This document shows positions 58,164 to 64,000 of a DNA stretch of 64,000 nucleotides, in pieces. The position numbers were made by a program, and so were the translations under genes. How positions within the stretch are numbered: position 1 is the stretch's first letter; every line of letters starts with the position of its first letter. Origin of the DNA: Eledone cirrhosa (taxonomy: Eukaryota). Location: the NCBI GenBank assembly GCA_964016885.1, contig OZ024757.1, positions 18,848,001 to 18,912,000 of the forward strand. The letters are read 5' to 3'. The notes beneath the pieces were generated by a model that saw nothing but the letters and a program-made list of their open reading frames with translations, ran no database searches and was not told the DNA's origin.

Positions 58164-58248
58164 AACACAGAGACATGTATATAATCTCTTGTTTTTTTTG
58201 AAATTTTAAAACTGTTTCCTCTCTTTTCTTTCCATTTGTGTTCTGTAG

Positions 58249-58393
58249 CAAGCTAAGGATGTTGGATATAAAGATCTTCCGAGGATCCGTGTTGATGGAG
58301 GAAGGGACGAGTTTGAGAAATTCTGGGGTTACGATACTTTAGAAAGTATCAAGGAAAACACTATACAACAACATCATAGGAGATGTACACAAG
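58249..58393 (+). CDS. Next coding exon of the same RasGAP-like gene
   Basis: Acceptor ttttctttccatttgtgttctgtag and donor CAAG|gtaagg. 145 nt, phase 0 in (matches the previous exon), open frame QAKDVGYKDLPRIRVDGGRDEFEKFWGYDTLESIKENTIQQHHRRCTQ. The LPRIRVDG..WGY motif resembles invertebrate nGAP/raskol N-termini (recalled). Confidence 0.8.
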
Positions 58394-58414
58394 GTAAGGC
58401 CCACAACATATATA

Positions 58415-59130
58415 ATATGGTATGGTATGGTATGGTATATGACATGGTAGGGTATGGTGTGATATGACATGGTATGGTATGATGTGGTGTGGTATGGTAT
58501 GATATGATATATGGTATGGTGTGGTGTGGTATGGTGTGGTATGGTATGATATGATATATGGTATGGTATGATATGATATATGGTATGGTATGATATGATA
58601 TGACATGGTATGGTATGGTATGGTGTGGTGTGGTATGGTATGATATGATATATGGTATAGTATGATATGATATGACATGATATGGTGTGGTGTGGTATGG
58701 TATGATATATGGTATGGTATGACATGGAGTGGTATGGTATGGTATGATATATGATATGATATATGGTATGATATGACATGGTATGGTATGGTATGGTGTG
58801 GTATGATATGATATATGGTATGGTATGACATGGTATGGTATGGTGTGGTGTGGTATGGTATGATATGATATGATTTATGGTATGGTATGATATGACATGG
58901 TATGGTATGGTGTGGTGTGGTATGGTGTGATATGATATATGGTATGGTATGACATGGTATGATATGATATATGGTATGGTATGACATGGTATGGTGTGGT
59001 ATGGTATATGATATGATATATGGTATGGTATGATATGACATGGTGTGGTGTGGTATGGTGTGGTATGATATGATATATGGTATGGTATGACATGGTATGG
59101 TATGGTGTGGTGTGGTATGGTATGATATAT
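58415..59130. repeat. Pentanucleotide (TATGG/TGTGG/TATGA)n microsatellite
   Basis: Seen directly. A comparable (TGTGG)n tract lies at 41240-41740. Confidence 0.95.
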
Positions 59131-60750
59131 AACTTTCATAGCACTTATTTATTTATTTCTCTTGCTCTCTTACTCTCTCTCTCCCTCTTACTCTCTCTCT
59201 CTCCCTCTTACTCTCTCTCTCTCTCTCTGTTTCTCTTTCTCTGTCTCTCTCTCTCTCACTCACTACGCCAGCAATTTGTAGGGAGGAGAAAGTCAATTAA
59301 ATCGACCCCAGTGCAGGATCAAAGGCAAAGTTAACCTCAGCGGGATTTGAACTCAGAACGTAAAGGGCCATAAGTCTATGCTGCAAAGCATTGTGTCTGA
59401 TGCTCTACCGATTAATAATGGTAATATTTTATTGAAATTTGGCCAATATCGTTTATATCTCTTCAAAAAACATTCAACTAATTTTCAAAGATGGTGGCTA
59501 GAGTGGTGGTGGTGGTGGTGGTGGTGGTGTGATTGGCAGGAGGGGGTGTGAGGGTTAGGCCTGTGTGATTGGCAGTGGGGAGATGGTAAGTACGGAGAGA
59601 GAGATTGAAAAGGGGAGAGAGAGAAAAATAAGTGAAAAGAGAGAGAGAGGTAAGTGGTGGAGAGAGAGAAAAAGAGAGGTAATTGGTGGAGAGAGAGAGT
59701 GAGAAACAATGAGAAATAAGTGGGGTGGGAGAGAGAGATAGGTAGGGTGGGAGAGAGAGAGAGATATGTAGGGAAAAGAGAGCGAGAGATAGGTGGGGTG
59801 GAAGAGAGAGAGATAGGTGGGGTGGGAGAGAGAGAGAGATAGGTGGGGTGAAAGAGAGAGAGAAAGGGAGACGTAGGGAAGAGAGAAAGAGAGAGAGATG
59901 TGGGGAAGAGAGAGAGAGAGATAGGTGGGGTGAAAGAGAGAGAGAAAGGGAGACATAGGGAAGAGAGAAAGAGAGAGATGTGGGGAAGAGAGAGAGATAG
60001 GTGGGGTGAAAGAGAGAGAGATGTAGGGAAGAGAGAGAGAGAGATGTGGGGAAGAGAAAGAGAGAGAGATGTGGGGTAGAGCAGTCTAGAAGTTAATGGG
60101 GAATAAATAGTTTTTGAAAATGTTAATATATTTCACACTTGGTTTATTTTCAAGAACAAAGTGAAACTATTTAGGAAAACAACAAAACAAAGAATACAAC
60201 AACAACAACAAAAATCCCCAGATCGTAAATGCTACCACTAGATGGTTACTTAACTAGCTAGAAAAAGTAACTAAATCTCCCTCAAATGATATGCCTGCTT
60301 GATACCATAACCACTGAGAGAATCGTAGGGTGACCGTATTAACATGCAGCGTTTTTTAGGGCATTTTAGAACTTAGTGGAGCCCATCTCTTCTCCAGGAG
60401 AGTGATATAGAGAGAAAGAAAGGACCCCAGTATTAGACTGCTACTTTTTTACCGACCTGGAATGAATAAAAGGCACCAGATTTCTTCCAGAGATTTCTTC
60501 CAGAGAAGGATAGAGAGAGAGAGAGTGAAAGAAAGGAAGTAAGAAAGGGATGGAGAGGAAGAATCAATACCAGTACGTGACTGGTATTTTTTTTATTGAC
60601 CTAGAAGGGAGGAAATGCAAAGTTGACCTCGGCTGGATTTGAACTCAGATAAAAGAGAGCTCAGACAAATACCATAAAGTATTCTATCTGATGTTCTAAC
60701 AACTTTGCCAATTTGCCACCTTCACAAATAATAATGATAATAATAACAAT

Positions 60751-61622
60751 AAAAATTATTGTGTACAGTGCTCAGGTGCACTACAACTCATCAAAGGTGC
60801 ATGTATAGTACATAGAATAATGTAGAAATGTCAGGAAAGTGAACAGTGTATGAGTCATGATATAATAAAAATTATTGTGTACAGTGTTCAGGTGCACTAC
60901 AACTCATCAAAGGTGCATGTATAGTACATAGAATAATGTAGAAATGTCAGGAAAGTGAACAGTGTATGAGTCATGATATAATAAAAATTATTGTGTACAG
61001 TGTTCAGGTGCACTACAACTCATCAAAGGTGCATGTATAGTACATAGAATAATGTAGAAATGTCAGGAAAGTGAACAGTGTATGAGTCATGATATAATAA
61101 AAATTATTGTGTACAGTGTTCAGGTGCACTACAACTCATCAAAGGTGCATGTATAGTACATAGAATAATGTAGAAATGTCAGGAAAGTGAACAGTGTATG
61201 AGTCATGATATAATAAAAATTATTGTGTTCAGGTGCACTACAACTCATCAAAGGTGCATGTATAGTACATAGAATAATGTAGAAATGTCAGGAAAGTGAA
61301 CAGTGTATGAGTCATGATATAATAAAAATTATTGTGTACAGTGCTCAGGTGCACTACAACTCATCAAAGGTGCATGTATAGTACATAGAATAATGTAGAA
61401 ATGTCAGGAAAGTGAACAGTGTATGAGTCATGATATAATAAAAATTGTGTACAGTGCTCAGGTGCACTACAACTCATCAAAGGTGCATGTATAGTACATA
61501 GAATAATGTAGAAATGTCAGGAAAGTGAACAGTGTATAAGTCATGATATAATAAAAATTATTGTTTACAGTGTTCAGGTGCACTACAACTCATCAAAGTT
61601 GCATGTATAGTACATAGAATAA
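60751..61622. repeat. 116-bp satellite, ~7.5 copies
   Basis: Unit AAAAATTATTGTGTACAGTGCTCAGGTGCACTACAACTCATCAAAGG...GAGTCATGATATAAT; period 60751 to 60867. Confidence 0.95.
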
Positions 61623-61648
61623 CCGTTCAATGGATTGGCTGAGAGGTA

Positions 61649-61693
61649 AACAGTTCTGATGAAGGGTAATGACCCAGAAACATGTTGATTGTT
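61649..61693 (+). ncRNA. Hammerhead-like motif (related copy 17558-17606 with CCGATGA core)
   Basis: AACAGTT-CTGATGA-AGGGT(aatg)ACCCA-GAAA-CATG-TT-GATTGTT. Both copies are followed ~90 bp later by AATCGAATATTATTATT. Confidence 0.65.
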
Positions 61694-62624
61694 CCTTGAT
61701 GCCAGTGTTGAACAAACGGATGACGATTGGTCATCGGCACGGCACGGCTTTATTGGGCCGTTTGCTTGCAACAAATCGAATATTATTATTATGAATTGGC
61801 AGTATCGGTGGAGGGTTGGACATGCTTTGCAGCATAGAGTTACGTCCCTTTACGATCTGAGTTCAAATCCCGCCGAGGTTAACTTTGCCTTTCATCCTTA
61901 CGGGGGTCGATAAAATAAAGTACCAGTAATGCACTGGGATAATTGCTGGCCTTGTGTCTAAAATAGAAACAATTATTAATGTTCAATATTATTAATGTTA
62001 TATATGTGTGTGTATATATATATATATGTGTGTGTATATATATATATGTGTGTGTGTGTGTGTATATATATGTATGTGTGTGTATATATATATATATGTG
62101 TGTGTGTATATATATATATGTGTGTGTGTATATATATATATATGTGTGTGTGTGTGTATATATATGTGTGTGTATATATATATATGTGTATGTGTATATA
62201 TATATATATAATGTATGTGTGTATATGTATATGTATGTGTGTGTGTATATATATATATATATGTTTGTGTATGTATATATATATATAAATATGTGTGTGT
62301 ATGTATGCACACATATATATCTATATATGTATATATATATATATATATACACATACATATGTAAATTTATGTATGCATGAATACTTAACACTCTTTGTTC
62401 ACATGATTATTTTTTTTATTGTTTTTTTTGTTTTTGTTTCTCTATCCTTTATATTTTCGTTTATTGTTTTATTTTATCAAATTGTGGAACGTTCCGGTTG
62501 ATTGCACACAAATGGCTTTTGAACAACAGCACCTCTGGCAAACATATTTTCTGATTTATGTCTAGGATTACTACTCTCTTTCTCTCTCTATATATGTATA
62601 TGTGTGTGTATATATATGTGTGTT

Positions 62625-62675
<51 letters not shown>

Positions 62676-62724
62676 GTGTATGTATATATATATATATGTG
62701 TGTGTGTGTGTATATATATATATA

Positions 62725-62755
<31 letters not shown>

Positions 62756-62792
62756 GTGTGTGTGTATATATATATATTTATGTGTATGTGTG

Positions 62793-62823
<31 letters not shown>

Positions 62824-62930
62824 ATATCATCATCATCATCATCATCTTTGTTTAATGTCCATTTTCCGTGTGTGTGTGTATATATATATTTATGTGTATG
62901 TGTGTGTGGGTATATATATGTATATATATA

Positions 62931-62963
<33 letters not shown>

Positions 62964-63545
62964 GTATATGTGTGTGTGTATATATATTTACGTGTATGTA
63001 TATATATATATAGACAGTCCTATACGAGCAAGACAACTAATCTTGCCTCAAGTGGGACAATTCCCGTCTAACCCATGCTAGCGTGGAAGATGGACGTTAA
63101 ACGATGATGATGATGATATATATGTGTGTGTATATATGTATATATATAACAAAGGAATTGTGGTAAGGAACCAGATGTACCATAACGCCTCAGAGTACTC
63201 AATACTTAGGGTAGTAGAGTGGGAAATAATGTATATGTGTGTGTATATATATGTATATGTGTATATATATGTATATGTGTTTATATATATATGTGTATAT
63301 ATATATATGTATGTGTATATATATATCTGTATGTATATATATATATATTTATGTGTGTATGTGTATATATATATATGTGTATATATATATGTATGTATAT
63401 ATATGTATATATGTGTATTTTTATAGACTGTGTACATATCCTATATGTTTGCGTGTATAATGTACATATAAAGTGTATATCCCTGTGTATATGTATATTA
63501 TACGCAAGGATATATATACGCACTTTTACTGTGTAAATAGATTTG

Positions 63546-63588
<43 letters not shown>

Positions 63589-63825
63589 TTGCGAGGTTTT
63601 TGATATGAAATCGTGTGTCGAAACAAATATTGTTATACTTGGGGAGGATCATATTTGTGTAATATTGCCAGAATTAATAACAGAACAGACTCACTGTTTG
63701 GTTGGTTTTCGCTTCTGTGTCTTTTATATCGGTTAATTTAATTTATTCGGTCCTCAATATTACCATTGACTGACCAACGGTCAAAAATACAGATACAATA
63801 TAGACACAAACACATATATATAGTC

Positions 63826-64000
63826 TAACAAAGTTCTTTTGTTGCACATCTGCAACATCGTCAGTGTTGCTATTATGTTTCCTCCCATTGCATCGTATGC
63901 CTACGCCATCTTTATTTAGTCTCAATAAAGATGGCGTAGGCAAGCAATGCAACTAGAGGAAACATAATAGCACCACTGACGATGTTGCAGATGTGCAACG
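63826..64000. repeat. Foldback hairpin with hammerhead motifs in both arms, cut by the window end
   Basis: Inverted arms centred at ~63921. The right arm reads CA-CTGACGA-TGTTGCA(gatg)TGCAAC-G. It is part of an element starting ~63586 that is related to 35668-35790. Confidence 0.75.

Overview
AT-rich, microsatellite-saturated animal genomic DNA. The SINE repertoire suggests an octopus or other coleoid cephalopod (inference). Almost all six-frame ORFs are simple-repeat artefacts. The only well-supported host coding sequence is two phase-compatible + strand exons (41064-41191, 58249-58393) across a 17-kb intron. They encode a split-PH N-terminal segment resembling the SynGAP/DAB2IP/RASAL2 (nGAP) RasGAP family. 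The rest is repeat: tRNA-derived CORE-type SINEs, MetaSINEs, fragments of L1/Tx1, CR1-like and RTE LINEs, mariner and piggyBac MITEs, a tRNA-Arg(TCG) pseudogene and a truncated Penelope-like element (PLE) with a GIY-YIG domain. Two patterns stand out. (1) About 25 minimal hammerhead-ribozyme (HHR) motifs, counted by eye, from about ten short families sit mostly in (TA)n. Many form asymmetric foldback hairpins with arms of 50-250 bp. (2) At least six minisatellite arrays were each amplified from an identifiable piece of a SINE, LINE or MITE, one with higher-order structure. All coordinates were read manually and repeat boundaries are approximate.
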